Assembly: GCA_041586155.1 (NCBI GenBank)
Contig: JBFHAT010000009.1
Location: forward strand, 20,826-84,825
DNA length: 64,000 nt
Direction: 5' to 3'
Source: Acidimicrobiia bacterium
GTDB lineage: Bacteria; Actinomycetota; Acidimicrobiia; Spongiisociales; JAENVV01
The notes under the pieces were generated by a model that worked only from the letters and a program-made list of their open reading frames with translations, was not told the DNA's origin and searched no databases. Position 1 is the first letter of the stretch, and each line of letters opens with the position of its first letter. The position numbers and the translations under genes are program-made. Of this stretch, positions 1 to 11,101 are shown in pieces.

Positions 1-237
1 TTTGATCGGCGCCGACCGAGCGCGCCAGTTGGTCCGCCTCCCCTGCGACGGGAGGTTCCGCTATACCTCCGTCGGATCCCTCCCCGGCGAGGGTTTCCTG
101 CGGCGTCGTCGCTTCGATTGCCGGTGCTCCTTCATCGCCGCCGGTCTCGCTGGCCGTCGGGTTTGAGGTACAGGCGGCCAGTGCCAGCATCAGAGCCGCC
201 GCCCAGGCCATCATCAGTCGGTGTCCGGTCGGCATGT
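1..237 (-). CDS. Lipoprotein, N-terminal part (gene runs off the left edge)
   Basis: Reverse-complement ATG at 237 gives MPTGHRLMMAWAAALMLALAACTSNP: signal peptide plus lipobox LAAC. The frame stays open to position 1. Not in the ORF track because it has no stop. Confidence 0.4.
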
Positions 238-322
238 TGGTCCTTCCCACTCGCTTCCAGCTTGGGACGGGCGCGCCGCACCTTCGGTTCCCGCACTGTT
301 CGACGTGGCATAGGGTGATGGC

Positions 323-1216
323 GTGCAGGCGAGCAACCCAGACCGTCTGATCTATCCCGACGACGGCATCACCAAGGGAAGCGTGGTCGACTATTACGCC
401 GCCAACGCCGACCTTCTCTTTCCTTTCGTCACCGAGCGGCCATTGACGCTCGAGCGGTATCCACGTGGGATCGGGGCGAAGGGATTCATGCAGAAGAACG
501 CCGCCAACCATTTCCCGGCATCGATCGAGAGGTTCGAGGTTCCGAAAGCGGAGGGAGGCGTCACTCGGTATCCGGTGGTGACCCAACATGATGACGTGCC
601 TTACCTCGCCAATCAGGGGACCATCACCTTTCACGTCTGGACCGCGAGGATCCAGCAGATCGATCGTCCGGACCATCTCGTCATCGACCTCGATCCCGAA
701 GAGGGCGACCTGGAAGGCGTCCGTACGGTCACCGCGACCGCCGGGCGGGTGCTGGAATCGTTCGGCGTCCGCAGCCTTCCGGTGGCGACGGGATCGAAGG
801 GATATCACGTGTGGGTGCCGCTCGACGGCACCGTCTCCTACGCCGACTGCGCCAAGGTCGCCAGGGCCGTGGCCGGGCTCATCGTGGCGGTGTCACCGGC
901 AGCGACGACCGAGTTCCTCAAACGCGAGCGGCGAGGACGGGTGTTCGTGGATTGGCTGCGCAACGCTCCTGGAGCCACGGTGGTGGCGCCGTTCTCGCTA
1001 CGCCCGCGCCCTGGCGCCCCTGTGGCGATGCCCCTGACCTGGGAAGAGCTCTTCGAGTTCCGGCCCGATACCTTCCGGCTTGACACTGTGCAGGCCCGGC
1101 GGCCGAATCTGCCGGATTGGCCGCCGCCGGAGTCGCTGCCCGTCGACGACATCGCCGCGGCGGCTCGCGCTGCCGGCGTCGACCTGGACACTCCATTCGA
1201 CCGGTTCGGGCGATGA
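323..1216 (+). CDS. Stand-alone LigD polymerase (primase-polymerase) domain, non-homologous end joining
   Basis: GTG start at 323. 297 aa with KGYHVWVPL and ERYPRGIGAKGFMQKN motifs typical of the LigD Pol domain. No ligase or nuclease domain is attached. Confidence 0.75.
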   Translation: MQASNPDRLIYPDDGITKGSVVDYYAANADLLFPFVTERPLTLERYPRGIGAKGFMQKNAANHFPASIERFEVPKAEGGVTRYPVVTQHDDVPYLANQGTITFHVWTARIQQIDRPDHLVIDLDPEEGDLEGVRTVTATAGRVLESFGVRSLPVATGSKGYHVWVPLDGTVSYADCAKVARAVAGLIVAVSPAATTEFLKRERRGRVFVDWLRNAPGATVVAPFSLRPRPGAPVAMPLTWEELFEFRPDTFRLDTVQARRPNLPDWPPPESLPVDDIAAAARAAGVDLDTPFDRFGR

Positions 1217-1400
1217 CCGGCGAGTCGCTCGCTCTCGGCCGAGCTCTGCGTCGCCACGGCGAAACCGAAACGCTCCTTTGCAGGCTGTCCACCGTTGATT
1301 CTTCTCGAGGGGCAGCCGGGAGATCGATGACGATTCGGCCGGGGTGTTGATCGAACAACGCACTGGTCAAGGGGGCTTCGCAGACTGCCGATATTGAGGC

Positions 1401-4271
1401 GTGGCCGATCCGAGTCGCCGAGCTGGTTCCGACTTCATCGCGCGCCTCCTCCGGGGGCGGCTGGTCGTGTACGTCACCCTCATGCTCGTGTTGGCGACGA
1501 CGGAGGGAGTGGGCCTGGAGAAGCGGCTGATTGCCATCGCCCTGATGGCGCTGGCGTCCGCAGCGCCCTGGGCGGCCGATCTGTACGAGACGCGTATGGC
1601 GCGAGCAGCCGCAGCAGATCTCGCCTCGGCGTTCGTCGTGTGGATCGTCACCGGCGACACGCTCGTGAGTGTTCTGGTCACACTGGTCGGGCTAATGGCG
1701 CTTGCTTTCATGGAGCGAAGCGCCATCCAGACTCGCCTCCTTGCCGTGGCTCTTGGCAGCGAGATCGTCAAGCTGCCGCTGCTGGTTGCCGGGCTCACCT
1801 TCGGCGCAGACCACATCCTCGGCAACGACTCGGTCTCTCACGGCTTCGGCGAGCTGGCCGTGCAGAGTCTGGGTCGAGTGGGGATCGTGGCGGCCGGCTT
1901 CACGTTCCTCAGGCAGGTGGCCGACAGCCGTTTCGAGTCGCTGGCCCGCATTCGCGCCTCAGAGGAGCGGCACCTGGAGCTCTTGCGCAGGACTCCCTCG
2001 GCACTGCTGGTGCTCGATTATGGCCAGGTGGTCTACGCGAATCCGGCGGCGGCGTCACTGCTGGGGTATCCCGACGCCGGTGCGCTGGTCGGATCGTCCT
2101 TTCCCAAGCTGATCGACGCCAACCACCGGCGGGCTGTGAGCAACCTCTTCAAGGCGACGGTCGAGACGGGTCAGGCGCAGGAACTTCGCGACCTGCCCAT
2201 GACGGGCCTGGACAAGGTACGGCGCACCATCGATGTCGCAGCGACCACCGTGACGTTCGACGGCGCCCAGCGGCTGCAGGTGGCACTGAAGGATGTCACC
2301 GAGCAACACGCAGCCCGAGAAGCACTCGCCGAACGCGAGATCTGGTTCCGATCCGCCTTCGTCGATTCCGCCACACCATTCGCCATCGCAGATCTCGACA
2401 CCCGCTTGATCGCCGTAAACCGAGCACTCGAGGGCCTGCTCGGGGCAGAAGAGGGCACGTTGTTGAGCTGCTCGTGGGCGGACCTGGTCCATGAGGACGA
2501 TCGAGACAAGATGAACGAGTTTCTCGTCGACGCTCTGAAGGGAGCGACCGACCGGGTCAGCTCCGAGCTGCGTCTCTCGTCGAGTGATGGGCGGGTGATG
2601 TGGGTTCTGGCCAACGTGAATGTGATCCGCGACGTCAACGGACGACCAGTCCGCTTCTTCGCTCAGCTGTTCGACATCACCAAGCGCATCGCTGCCGAGC
2701 ATGCTCAAGCCGAGAGCGAAGCCCGCTACGAGAGCCTCTTCGAGGGGCTTCCGGTTCCGCTGTACCGCACCACCGCCGATGGCGAGTTCGTCGACGCCAA
2801 CCCGGCGATGGCATCGCTGCTGGGCGTCGACCGGCATGAGTTGTTCGACCGCCACGTTGGCGAGTTCTATGCAGATCCGGCGCAGCGAGATCGGTTCGTG
2901 TCCGAGATGACGCTGCACGGGTACGGCGGGGATCCCGAGGCCCGCCTCGTGACGGCGGCGGGCAGAGAGATCGTGGTTCAGAACTCCGCTCGCACCGTCG
3001 AGGTGGGCGGTCGATCGGTGTTCGAAGGGGCGTTGGTGGAGGTCACCGACCGAGTGGACGCGCAGCAGCAGCTGCGTCGGCGTGTAGCCCAGCAGGAGAT
3101 CGTCGCCGAGCTGGGCGAACTGGCTCTGCGCAGCGATCTCAAGCAGGTGTTCGAGGCGGCGGCGGGTGCGATGGCGACCCACCTCGGCGGTTTTCTCACG
3201 GGCGTGTTCTGCACGACAGACGATTCCGACCTGGCACTGCACGCCGGCCACGGCTGGCCCGAGGAGATGATGGACGGCTACGTCATCGCGCAGGGCACAT
3301 CAGACCAGATGCGCTATATCTTGTCAGCCGAGGCGCCGGTCATCACCGATTCGCTTCCGGACGAGACCCGGTTCCGACCCTCGGAATTCTTGCTGGAGAG
3401 AGGTGCTCGGGCCGGTGTCAGTGCAGTGATCCATGGCACCTCGTCCCCGCTGGGCGTCGTGGGCGTGTGGAGCGACCTCGACCGCAGCTTCGACGAGGCC
3501 GACGTGCACTTCGTCGAGTCGGTGGCCAACCTCCTGGCCGCCGCCATCGAACGACAGCAAGCTCAGGATCGGCTCGAGGGCCTCGTGCGATCCAAGGACG
3601 AGTTCGTCGCGTCGGTGAGCCACGAGCTGCGTACTCCGCTGACGGTGGTCAACGGCATGGCGCACGAGCTGCGTGAACGCTGGGCGGAATTCACAGGAGA
3701 CGAGATCGTCGAGTTTGTACGCCTCATCGCCGATCAGTCGGCGGACATGGCCAACCTCATCGAGGATCTGCTGGTCGCGGCGCGAGCGGAGATCGGAACC
3801 GTCGTCATCAAGAACCGTCCCTTCGAGATGCGCAAGGAGGTCGAAGCGGTTCTGGCGGGGTTCAAGGAGAGCGAGCAGATCACGCTCGACGTGCGTCCGG
3901 TGCCGGCGGTCGGCGATGCCGCCCGGGTGCGCCAGGTCCTTCGCAACCTGATCTCGAATGCGTTCCGCTACGGCGGAACCGAGATCACCGTGAGCGCCAG
4001 CCATGTGGGTGACCGAGCGTTGGTCGTCGTCTCAGACAACGGCGAAGGCGTCGCTCCTGAAGACGAGGATGCGATCTTCGAGCCATACCACCGTGCGCAC
4101 CATCATGCCGGACTCCCCGCCTCGGTTGGTCTCGGACTTTCGGTGTCGAAGACCCTGTCAGAGCTCATGGGCGGCACGCTGGAGTATCACCGGCGGGAAG
4201 GTCACAGCTACTTCGAGTTCTGGTTGCCGGCCACCCACACTGCCACCGCGCTGCGCGAGGTGGCGAGCTGA
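1401..4271 (+). CDS. Multi-sensor signal-transduction histidine kinase (membrane N-terminus, several PAS, GAF, HisKA, HATPase)
   Basis: 956 aa. Hydrophobic N-terminus, PAS-like repeats, H-box SHELRTPLT, C-terminal G-box GLGLSVSK. GTG start at 1401. Confidence 0.8.
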   Translation: MADPSRRAGSDFIARLLRGRLVVYVTLMLVLATTEGVGLEKRLIAIALMALASAAPWAADLYETRMARAAAADLASAFVVWIVTGDTLVSVLVTLVGLMALAFMERSAIQTRLLAVALGSEIVKLPLLVAGLTFGADHILGNDSVSHGFGELAVQSLGRVGIVAAGFTFLRQVADSRFESLARIRASEERHLELLRRTPSALLVLDYGQVVYANPAAASLLGYPDAGALVGSSFPKLIDANHRRAVSNLFKATVETGQAQELRDLPMTGLDKVRRTIDVAATTVTFDGAQRLQVALKDVTEQHAAREALAEREIWFRSAFVDSATPFAIADLDTRLIAVNRALEGLLGAEEGTLLSCSWADLVHEDDRDKMNEFLVDALKGATDRVSSELRLSSSDGRVMWVLANVNVIRDVNGRPVRFFAQLFDITKRIAAEHAQAESEARYESLFEGLPVPLYRTTADGEFVDANPAMASLLGVDRHELFDRHVGEFYADPAQRDRFVSEMTLHGYGGDPEARLVTAAGREIVVQNSARTVEVGGRSVFEGALVEVTDRVDAQQQLRRRVAQQEIVAELGELALRSDLKQVFEAAAGAMATHLGGFLTGVFCTTDDSDLALHAGHGWPEEMMDGYVIAQGTSDQMRYILSAEAPVITDSLPDETRFRPSEFLLERGARAGVSAVIHGTSSPLGVVGVWSDLDRSFDEADVHFVESVANLLAAAIERQQAQDRLEGLVRSKDEFVASVSHELRTPLTVVNGMAHELRERWAEFTGDEIVEFVRLIADQSADMANLIEDLLVAARAEIGTVVIKNRPFEMRKEVEAVLAGFKESEQITLDVRPVPAVGDAARVRQVLRNLISNAFRYGGTEITVSASHVGDRALVVVSDNGEGVAPEDEDAIFEPYHRAHHHAGLPASVGLGLSVSKTLSELMGGTLEYHRREGHSYFEFWLPATHTATALREVAS

Positions 4272-4272
4272 C

Positions 4273-4305
4273 GGGCGGGGGCCGTCAGGGCCTCCCGCCC
4301 GTCTA
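4273..4305. terminator. GC-rich hairpin between convergent genes (likely bidirectional terminator)
   Basis: gggcgggggcc ... ggcctcccgccc imperfect inverted repeat immediately after the kinase stop and before the stop of the minus-strand dehydrogenase. Confidence 0.35.
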
Positions 4306-4310
4306 CTGCC

Positions 4311-5657
4311 TCAGTCCGCGACGATGCGCCAGAGTTTGCCTGTGGCACCCGTCGGGGTCACGTTGTCCGAGGTCATCAAGTACACCTCACCCCGCCGGTC
4401 CTGCCCGAAGGCAATCACGAACACGTCGAGAGCTGCGAGCTCGGCGATGCTTCCGGAGTCGGTCAGGTGGAACACCCGTCCTTGGGGGCCGGCGAAGCTC
4501 CGTGTCAGGTCACCGAACACGTAGCTGCCCGACAGGGCGGGCACGGCCCTTCCCCGGTAGACGAAACCGCCGGCAACCGACACGCCTTCGTCGTGGTCGT
4601 ATTGAGCGATCGGGTCGATCATCCGGCTCGGAACGCCAGGGCTGTTGGTCGTGGTGAAGCCGGGTCCGCCTCTATTGGCGTCGAAGAGAAACGTGCCTTC
4701 CTTGACCGGCCAGCCGTAGTTGCCTCCGGCCACGACGACGTCTACTTCTTCGATGTCGTTTTGCCCGACATCTGCGGCGATCAGCGTGTCTCCGTCGAAC
4801 GACATGCGGAACGGGTTTCGGAACCCGAACGCGAAGATCTCGTCCGCACCCGGCCCGTCGACGAACGGGTTGTCGGCCGGGATTCCGTACTGGCCGTTGG
4901 CCGAGCTCGATCCGGTGGGGTCGATGCGGAGGATCTTGCCCAGCACGTTGCCTTCGGAGCGATCCTGACCGTTGCCGCGACCTGCGTGGCCGACGCCTTG
5001 ATCGTCGGCGGCGCCGCCGTCGCCAAGAGCGATGTAGAGCATCCCGTCGGGCCCGAACGTCAACGCGCCGGCGTTGTGGTTGAACTGGGGCTGATCGATC
5101 GTGAGCAACACCCGGCTCGATGTCGGGTCAACCGCCGCATTGGCTCGATTCGGATTGGGCACATGCCATTCGCGGATGACCGACTCGTGGTTGGCCGGCA
5201 CTCCCGACGGCATGGTGGAGAAGTCGGCCGTCCCGTCCGCGGGCTCCGACGTATACGTGTAGACGAGGCCGTTGGTGCGATAGTCCGGGTGAAAGGCGAG
5301 TCCGAGCAGCCCGCGCTCGTCGAAGGTTCCCGGGCCGAACGCGCCGAGGGGGACGAGCAGATCGAGACCGTCTACTCCAACGTCGAGAAACAGCGAGCGC
5401 AGCGCCGGGTTGCGGACGTGCACCGTCCACACCTTTCCGACTTGGTCGACGACGAAGAGCCGGTTGTTGCTGTTGGGAGCGTGGATCGCCCACAGCGGCG
5501 TCGTGAACCCGTCGGCAACGAGCTCAAAGTCGACCTGAACTTCACTGGCCGGTATTGGCTCTGGAATGACATCCCCGTGGGTTGCGCCGGCGGACAGCCC
5601 CGCCAGCGCGGTGACGGCCGTGACGACCGACACGAGCAGAATGCGCCTCGTGCGCAT
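4311..5657 (-). CDS. PQQ-dependent soluble sugar (glucose/sorbosone) dehydrogenase, secreted
   Basis: Start re-chosen at ATG 5657 (MRTRRILLVSVVTAVTALAG signal peptide). Beta-propeller SGDH-like sequence. The upstream 110 codons of the track ORF are Arg-rich non-coding. Confidence 0.75.
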   Translation of the reverse strand: MRTRRILLVSVVTAVTALAGLSAGATHGDVIPEPIPASEVQVDFELVADGFTTPLWAIHAPNSNNRLFVVDQVGKVWTVHVRNPALRSLFLDVGVDGLDLLVPLGAFGPGTFDERGLLGLAFHPDYRTNGLVYTYTSEPADGTADFSTMPSGVPANHESVIREWHVPNPNRANAAVDPTSSRVLLTIDQPQFNHNAGALTFGPDGMLYIALGDGGAADDQGVGHAGRGNGQDRSEGNVLGKILRIDPTGSSSANGQYGIPADNPFVDGPGADEIFAFGFRNPFRMSFDGDTLIAADVGQNDIEEVDVVVAGGNYGWPVKEGTFLFDANRGGPGFTTTNSPGVPSRMIDPIAQYDHDEGVSVAGGFVYRGRAVPALSGSYVFGDLTRSFAGPQGRVFHLTDSGSIAELAALDVFVIAFGQDRRGEVYLMTSDNVTPTGATGKLWRIVAD

Positions 5658-5836
5658 GAGTTCCCCTCTCGATTGGTCCCAGCCGTGACGCCGTAATTCG
5701 GCGCCTACCCGTGTCCTGTACGCATCGACTGGGGAACGCGGTTCGCGAGCCCGCGCGAATCCTCTTGGGATCGGGACCGTCGACCCTGGTTGTGAGAGCC
5801 CACCTGGCCCAGACTTCGCGTGAGCAAGGAGGATCG

Positions 5837-6310
5837 ATGCAACAGGTGTTCGTGCGCCAGCTGCCTCGCCAACCGACGTTTGTCGTACGGGGGCGCGTTG
5901 CCGTAGAGGACATCGGACAGTGGTTGGGACCCGTCTTCCATCGCACAGCCGCAGCCGCCGGCAGTTCGATCGTAGGGCCACCATTCGCCCGCTATCACAT
6001 GGTGGGCGAAGCGCCTACGGAGTTCGAAGTCGAAGCCGGCTTTCCGGTCGCCGTGGCGGGGACCGCCGAGAACGGAGTGGAAACTTCCGAGCTCCCCGGC
6101 GGGCCTGCGCTGGTGGTGACGCACATTGGGCCGTTCGATGAGATCGCATCGGCCTACGAGGCGGTGACCGAGTGGTTGGCAGAGCACGGCGACGAGACGG
6201 CCGGGGCACCGTGGGAGGTCTATCTGACCGACCCCGCGCAGGAGCCGGATCCGGCTCGATGGCGCACGGAGATCGTACAGCCGTACCGTCCCAAAGAAGC
6301 GGGCTCCTAG
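5837..6310 (+). CDS. GyrI-like small-molecule-binding domain protein (AraC effector-domain-like, no HTH)
   Basis: RBS aaggagg then ATG 5837. About 158 aa. Confidence 0.45.
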   Translation: MQQVFVRQLPRQPTFVVRGRVAVEDIGQWLGPVFHRTAAAAGSSIVGPPFARYHMVGEAPTEFEVEAGFPVAVAGTAENGVETSELPGGPALVVTHIGPFDEIASAYEAVTEWLAEHGDETAGAPWEVYLTDPAQEPDPARWRTEIVQPYRPKEAGS

Positions 6311-6361
6311 CGGGTAGATTCGAGCGTCACGGCTCGTAGGGGCCTGAGAGGAGGAGCGACG

Positions 6362-8014
6362 GTGGAGGGCGCGCGCGTCGTGAGGGCGCCGAGAGGTGTC
6401 TCGCTTTCCTGCAAGGGCTGGGAACAAGAAGCGGCTCTGCGCATGCTCATGAACAACCTCGACGCAGAGGTTGCCGAGCGACCCGACGACCTGGTGGTGT
6501 ACGGCGGCACCGGCCGTGCCGCCCGAAGTTGGGCGGCATTCGACGGCATCGTGGCCGCCCTACGGGACCTCGAGGACGATGAGACTCTGCTCGTCCAGTC
6601 GGGGAAGCCGGTAGGTGTCTTCCGGACCCACGAGTTCGCCCCGAGAGTGCTCATCGCCAACTCCCATCTCGTCCCCGAATGGGCCACCTGGGAAGAGTTC
6701 CGTCGGCTGGAAGCGTTGGGTCTCACGATGTACGGCCAGATGACGGCTGGGTCGTGGATCTACATCGGCACACAGGGCATCCTGCAGGGAACCTACGAGT
6801 GTTTCGCCGAGATCGCTCGCCGGCGATTCGACGGGAGCTTGAAAGGAACGGTCACTCTGACCGCCGGCTTGGGGGGAATGGGCGGCGCACAACCTCTGGC
6901 CGTCACCATGAACGAGGGAGTGGCTCTCGTCGTCGAGGTCGATCCTCATCGGATCCGACGACGGCTCGAGACGCGCTATCTCGACGAGGCGACCGACGAC
7001 CTCGCGGAAGCCGTGGACCTCTGTCGCGCCGCCAAGCGAGAAGGTGTGGCGACCTCGGTGGGTTTGCTGGGGAACGCCGCCGACGTGCTGCCCCGCCTGC
7101 TAGCGGCCGGCTTCGAGGCGGACATCGTCACGGATCAGACGTCGGCCCACGACCCGCTCTCGTACATCCCCGACGATCTCACCGCCGAGGCGGCGGATCG
7201 CCTCCGCCGCGAGGATCCCGATACCTATACCCGTCGGTCCCGATCCGCCATGGCGCGTCACTGCGAGGCGATGGTCGGGTTCCTCGATAGGGGCGCTGAG
7301 GTCTTCGATTACGGCAACAGTCTCCGAGCCGAGGCGGAGCTCGGTGGATTCGACCGAGCGTTCGCCTTTCCCGGCTTTCTGCCGGCCTACATTCGTCCCC
7401 TCTTCTGTGAGGGCAAGGGCCCCTTCCGCTGGGTGGCGCTGTCTGGCGACCCGGCCGACATCGAAGCAACCGACCAGGCTGTGCTGAGAACGTTTCCAGA
7501 AGACGAAGCCCTCGCCAGGTGGATCCGTCTGGCCGCCGAGAAGGTTGCGTTTCAGGGTCTGCCTGCGCGCATCTGCTGGTTGGGCTATGGAGAGCGGGCG
7601 AAGCTGGGCCTGGAGTTCAATGCCATGGTTGCGTCGGGGGAGGTGAGCGCGCCGATCGTCATCGGTCGGGACCATCTCGACTCGGGCTCGGTGGCCTCGC
7701 CGTATCGCGAGACAGAAGCGATGGTCGACGGCAGCGACGCCATCGCCGACTGGCCGCTCCTCAATGCGCTCGTCAACACTGCAGCAGGCGCGTCATGGGT
7801 GAGCATCCACCACGGCGGAGGCGTGGGGATCGGACGCTCGATCCACGCCGGGATGGTGGTCGTCGCCGACGGGAGTGCACGCGCTGCGACCCGCCTCGAG
7901 CGGGTGTTGACCACCGATCCTGGGACCGGCGTCATGCGTCATGCAGACGCGGGATACGACGAGGCAATCGAAGTAGCACGAGCGCGCGGGCTGTCCCTGC
8001 CCATGGTCGAATGA
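6362..8014 (+). CDS. hutU: Urocanate hydratase
   Basis: 550 aa. N-terminus [27 protein letters not shown] and GTGRAARSW are urocanase hallmarks. Confidence 0.9.
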   Translation: MEGARVVRAPRGVSLSCKGWEQEAALRMLMNNLDAEVAERPDDLVVYGGTGRAARSWAAFDGIVAALRDLEDDETLLVQSGKPVGVFRTHEFAPRVLIANSHLVPEWATWEEFRRLEALGLTMYGQMTAGSWIYIGTQGILQGTYECFAEIARRRFDGSLKGTVTLTAGLGGMGGAQPLAVTMNEGVALVVEVDPHRIRRRLETRYLDEATDDLAEAVDLCRAAKREGVATSVGLLGNAADVLPRLLAAGFEADIVTDQTSAHDPLSYIPDDLTAEAADRLRREDPDTYTRRSRSAMARHCEAMVGFLDRGAEVFDYGNSLRAEAELGGFDRAFAFPGFLPAYIRPLFCEGKGPFRWVALSGDPADIEATDQAVLRTFPEDEALARWIRLAAEKVAFQGLPARICWLGYGERAKLGLEFNAMVASGEVSAPIVIGRDHLDSGSVASPYRETEAMVDGSDAIADWPLLNALVNTAAGASWVSIHHGGGVGIGRSIHAGMVVVADGSARAATRLERVLTTDPGTGVMRHADAGYDEAIEVARARGLSLPMVE

Positions 8015-9336
8015 CGCACACCTATTGGGCACCGGCGGCCTGGACCGGCACGGAGTGGGTCACGGGACTGGAATTCGAGGTCGACGCCGGGACCGTGACC
8101 AGTTCGGCACGCACCTCGCGGCCATCGCCCGCGGCGTCCCGGCTGGACGGTCCGGTGCTGCCCGGCTTGGTCAACACGCACTCCCACGCCTTCCACCGCG
8201 CACTGCGCGGACGCGTCCACGGGCCTGGCGACTTCTGGGGCTGGCGGCGCGACATGTATGCGGTAGCGAGCGCGCTCGACCCGGACCGCTATGAACTGCT
8301 GGCGACCGCCGTCTTCGGAGAGATGGTCGCCGCCGGGATCACCATGGTTGGGGAGTTTCACTACCTCCATCGGGGACCAGACGGAGTGGCGTACTCACAG
8401 CCGAACGAGATGGGCCAGGCGCTCGTTCGAGCGGCGAACGCCGCCGGCATTCGGTTGTGTCTCATCGACGCCTGCTACCTGGCGTCGGATGCCGACGGGT
8501 CACCGCCCGAGGGAGCCCAGCTTCGTTTCTCGGACGGCAGCTCCGAGGCATGGACTGAGCGCCATGCTGCCCTCACGGCTGCGCTTGCGCAGTCGCCCAA
8601 CGTGACGGTCGCCGCCGCGGTCCATTCGATCCGTGCGGTGCCGTCGGCCGATCTGCCCACCGTGGCGGCGGGAGCAGGCGATCAGCCGCTGCATGTCCAC
8701 GTCTCCGAGCAGGCCGCCGAGAACGAGCGCTGCATCGAGCTGTACGGGCAGACGCCCACCGAGCTCCTGTACGAGCACGGCGTGCTCGGCCCGGGGACCA
8801 CCGCGGTGCATGCGACTCATCTCGAGGCCGGCGACATCGCCCGACTCGCCACCACCGGCACCGGCGTGTGCATGTGCCCCACCACGGAACGCGACCTCGG
8901 CGATGGGTTGGGGCCGGCCATCGAACTGGCCAAGGCCGGCGTCGAGCTGTCCGTCGGGACGGACTCCCACGCGCAGCTCGACATGTTCGAGGAGATCCGT
9001 GGCGTCGAGATGAACGACCGAGCCCGGCTCCGACGCCGGGGGCTGCACTCGCCGAGCGACCTCGTGGCGGCCGCCACCAGCAATGGCGCCGCAGCGTTGG
9101 GTCAAAACGTGTGGGGCATCATCGCAGGCGCTCCGGCCGACTTCGTCGTGGTGGACGATGCTTCGGTCAGGACGGCGGGCGGCGAAGGCATCGACGCGAT
9201 GCTTTTCACGGCCACGTCTGCAGACGTGCGCGAGACGTACGTAGGTGGCGAACAGGTGTGGGGAAACGGCGAGCATGCCTCGCTCGGCGGGCTTGCTTTC
9301 CTGCTCGAGGAGGCGGTCCGGTCGGTGGCGCCATGA
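8011..9336 (+). CDS. hutF: Formimidoylglutamate deiminase (amidohydrolase family)
   Basis: ATG 8011 overlaps the hutU stop (ATGA). [15 protein letters not shown] metal-binding motif. About 441 aa. Confidence 0.8.
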   Translation: MTHTYWAPAAWTGTEWVTGLEFEVDAGTVTSSARTSRPSPAASRLDGPVLPGLVNTHSHAFHRALRGRVHGPGDFWGWRRDMYAVASALDPDRYELLATAVFGEMVAAGITMVGEFHYLHRGPDGVAYSQPNEMGQALVRAANAAGIRLCLIDACYLASDADGSPPEGAQLRFSDGSSEAWTERHAALTAALAQSPNVTVAAAVHSIRAVPSADLPTVAAGAGDQPLHVHVSEQAAENERCIELYGQTPTELLYEHGVLGPGTTAVHATHLEAGDIARLATTGTGVCMCPTTERDLGDGLGPAIELAKAGVELSVGTDSHAQLDMFEEIRGVEMNDRARLRRRGLHSPSDLVAAATSNGAAALGQNVWGIIAGAPADFVVVDDASVRTAGGEGIDAMLFTATSADVRETYVGGEQVWGNGEHASLGGLAFLLEEAVRSVAP

Positions 9337-10529
9337 TCGACCTCGCCATCACCGGGGGGGTGGTCGCGACGATGCAGAACGACCCCCTCGCGGCCGAGCA
9401 TGTGGCGGTGGGAGTCTCCGGGGGGAGAATCGTCTTCTTGGGTTCCGAGCAGGACGTCCCGAACGCCGCCGAGACGCTCGAGGCGGATGGGCGGCTCGTG
9501 ACGCCGGGGCTCGTCGACTGTCACACCCACTTGGTGTACGGAGGGGATCGCCTGGCCGACTTCTCGCGACGGCTCGGAGGGGAGACCTATACCGCTCTCG
9601 CCGAGTCCGGCATGGGCATCCTGTCCACCGTAGGCGCAACGCGGTCGGCTTCGTACGAGGATCTCTTGGCCGGCGCGACGCGCAGAGCTCGCTGGCTGGC
9701 CCGCAACGGCGTGACCACCGTCGAGATCAAGTCCGGATACGGGCTGACCGTGGAGGACGAGCTGCGGATGCTCCACGTCGGGCGACAAGCGGCTGCCAAT
9801 GCGGGTTTGCGTGTGTCACTGACGTTGCTCGCAGCCCACGTCGTCCCCCAAGACGAACGCCGCTCCGACTATGTCGAGATGGTGTGCCGGGAGATGATTC
9901 CCGCTGCAGTCGGATCCGCCGAAGCGGTCGACGTCTTCGTCGAGAAGATCGCATTCACCACAGCCGAGGCAGAAACCATCTTCGCGTCCGCCGTCGAGCA
10001 CGGATTCTCCGTCAAAGCCCACGTGGGACAGCTGACCGACCTGGGTGGGGCGCAGGTCGCCGCCCGATACGGGGCCACCAGTGTCGATCATTGCGAGCAT
10101 CTGGGAGAGCCGGCCGTCGAAGCCCTCGCCGTGTCCGGGACGGTGGCGGTGCTCGCCCCGGGCGCCAACATGTTCCTCGACGAGTCACGGCGCCCGCCGA
10201 TCGATGCGCTGCGCCGGCACGGGGTGCCGATGGCGGTGACCACCGACCTCAACCCTGGCTCGTCACCGCTCGCTTCGCTGCCGCTGGCGGCGGCGCTTGC
10301 CGTGCATCGATTCGGGTTGACCGCCGCCGAGGCGCTCGCCGCCATGACCGTCAACGGGGCGCGCGCCCTGGGGCGAGCCGACAGGGCCGGCATGCTCGCC
10401 GTCGGCCGACCCGCCGACATCGTCGTATGGGACCTCCAGCACCCCATCGAGCTGACGTATTGGCTGGGCGCGCCTGCGTGCTACGCCACCGTGGTGGGTG
10501 GCCTGGTCAGTGGGTGGGACGACGCATGA
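9333..10529 (+). CDS. hutI: Imidazolonepropionase
   Basis: ATG 9333 overlaps the hutF stop. 398 aa amidohydrolase with DCHTHLVYGG motif. Confidence 0.85.
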   Translation: MIDLAITGGVVATMQNDPLAAEHVAVGVSGGRIVFLGSEQDVPNAAETLEADGRLVTPGLVDCHTHLVYGGDRLADFSRRLGGETYTALAESGMGILSTVGATRSASYEDLLAGATRRARWLARNGVTTVEIKSGYGLTVEDELRMLHVGRQAAANAGLRVSLTLLAAHVVPQDERRSDYVEMVCREMIPAAVGSAEAVDVFVEKIAFTTAEAETIFASAVEHGFSVKAHVGQLTDLGGAQVAARYGATSVDHCEHLGEPAVEALAVSGTVAVLAPGANMFLDESRRPPIDALRRHGVPMAVTTDLNPGSSPLASLPLAAALAVHRFGLTAAEALAAMTVNGARALGRADRAGMLAVGRPADIVVWDLQHPIELTYWLGAPACYATVVGGLVSGWDDA

Positions 10530-11101
10530 CGGTTCGAGCGATCACCAAGCTCGGAGATCCGATACTGCGCGCACCGACCAGGCACGTCACCTCATCCGAG
10601 CTGGTAACAGCCGACTGCCAAGCGTTGATCGACGATCTCATCGAGACGATGCGGGCTGCCAACGGTGCCGGGATCGCCGCCAACCAGATCGGCGACCCGC
10701 GTCGCATTTGCGTCATCGAGGTCCGCCCGGGCAACCCTCGATACCCGTACAAGCCTCCGCATCCGCTGACGGTGCTGGTCAATCCCGTGCTGGAATGGCA
10801 GAGCGAAGCCCGATACGACAACAACGAAGGATGTCTGTCGGTGCCTGATCTGCGGGGCGACCTGACACGATCGGTGGAGGTGGTCGTGTCCGGCTACGAC
10901 CGCGACGGCGGTCCCGTGGAGCACCACCTGCGAGGCCTCACTGCGGGGACGGCGCAGCACGAGGTCGACCATCTGGACGGTATCGTCTTCGTCGACCGCG
11001 TCGACGACCCTCGTTCGTTGTCGACGTGGGAAGAATTCCAGAAGCATCGGGCCGGGCCGTTCGAGGCTCGGATCCGGAAGATGGTCGAGGAGATGACGTG
11101 A
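10526..11101 (+). CDS. def: Peptide-deformylase-fold metallo-deformylase embedded in the hut operon
   Basis: ATG 10526 overlaps the hutI stop. 191 aa with all three PDF motifs: GIAANQIG, EGCLSVP, HEVDHLDG. Confidence 0.8.
   Translation: MTVRAITKLGDPILRAPTRHVTSSELVTADCQALIDDLIETMRAANGAGIAANQIGDPRRICVIEVRPGNPRYPYKPPHPLTVLVNPVLEWQSEARYDNNEGCLSVPDLRGDLTRSVEVVVSGYDRDGGPVEHHLRGLTAGTAQHEVDHLDGIVFVDRVDDPRSLSTWEEFQKHRAGPFEARIRKMVEEMT

Noticed and set aside
118-318. 66-aa plus-strand ORF before the LigD-Pol gene
   Set aside because: Pro/Arg-rich. Overlaps the better-supported minus-strand lipoprotein start (1..237).
2055-3251. 398-aa minus-strand ORF
   Set aside because: Antisense to the histidine kinase gene.
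4467-5696. 409-aa plus-strand ORF
   Set aside because: Antisense to the PQQ-type dehydrogenase gene.
7519-8010. Long N-terminal extensions of track ORFs (also 8868-9332, 9245-10525, 14850-15050, 26040-26102, 26942-27118, 48809-49183, 51378-51428, 52252-52332, 61218-61574)
   Set aside because: Extensions are Arg/Gly-rich and overlap the preceding gene. Conserved N-termini and start/stop overlaps place the real starts downstream.
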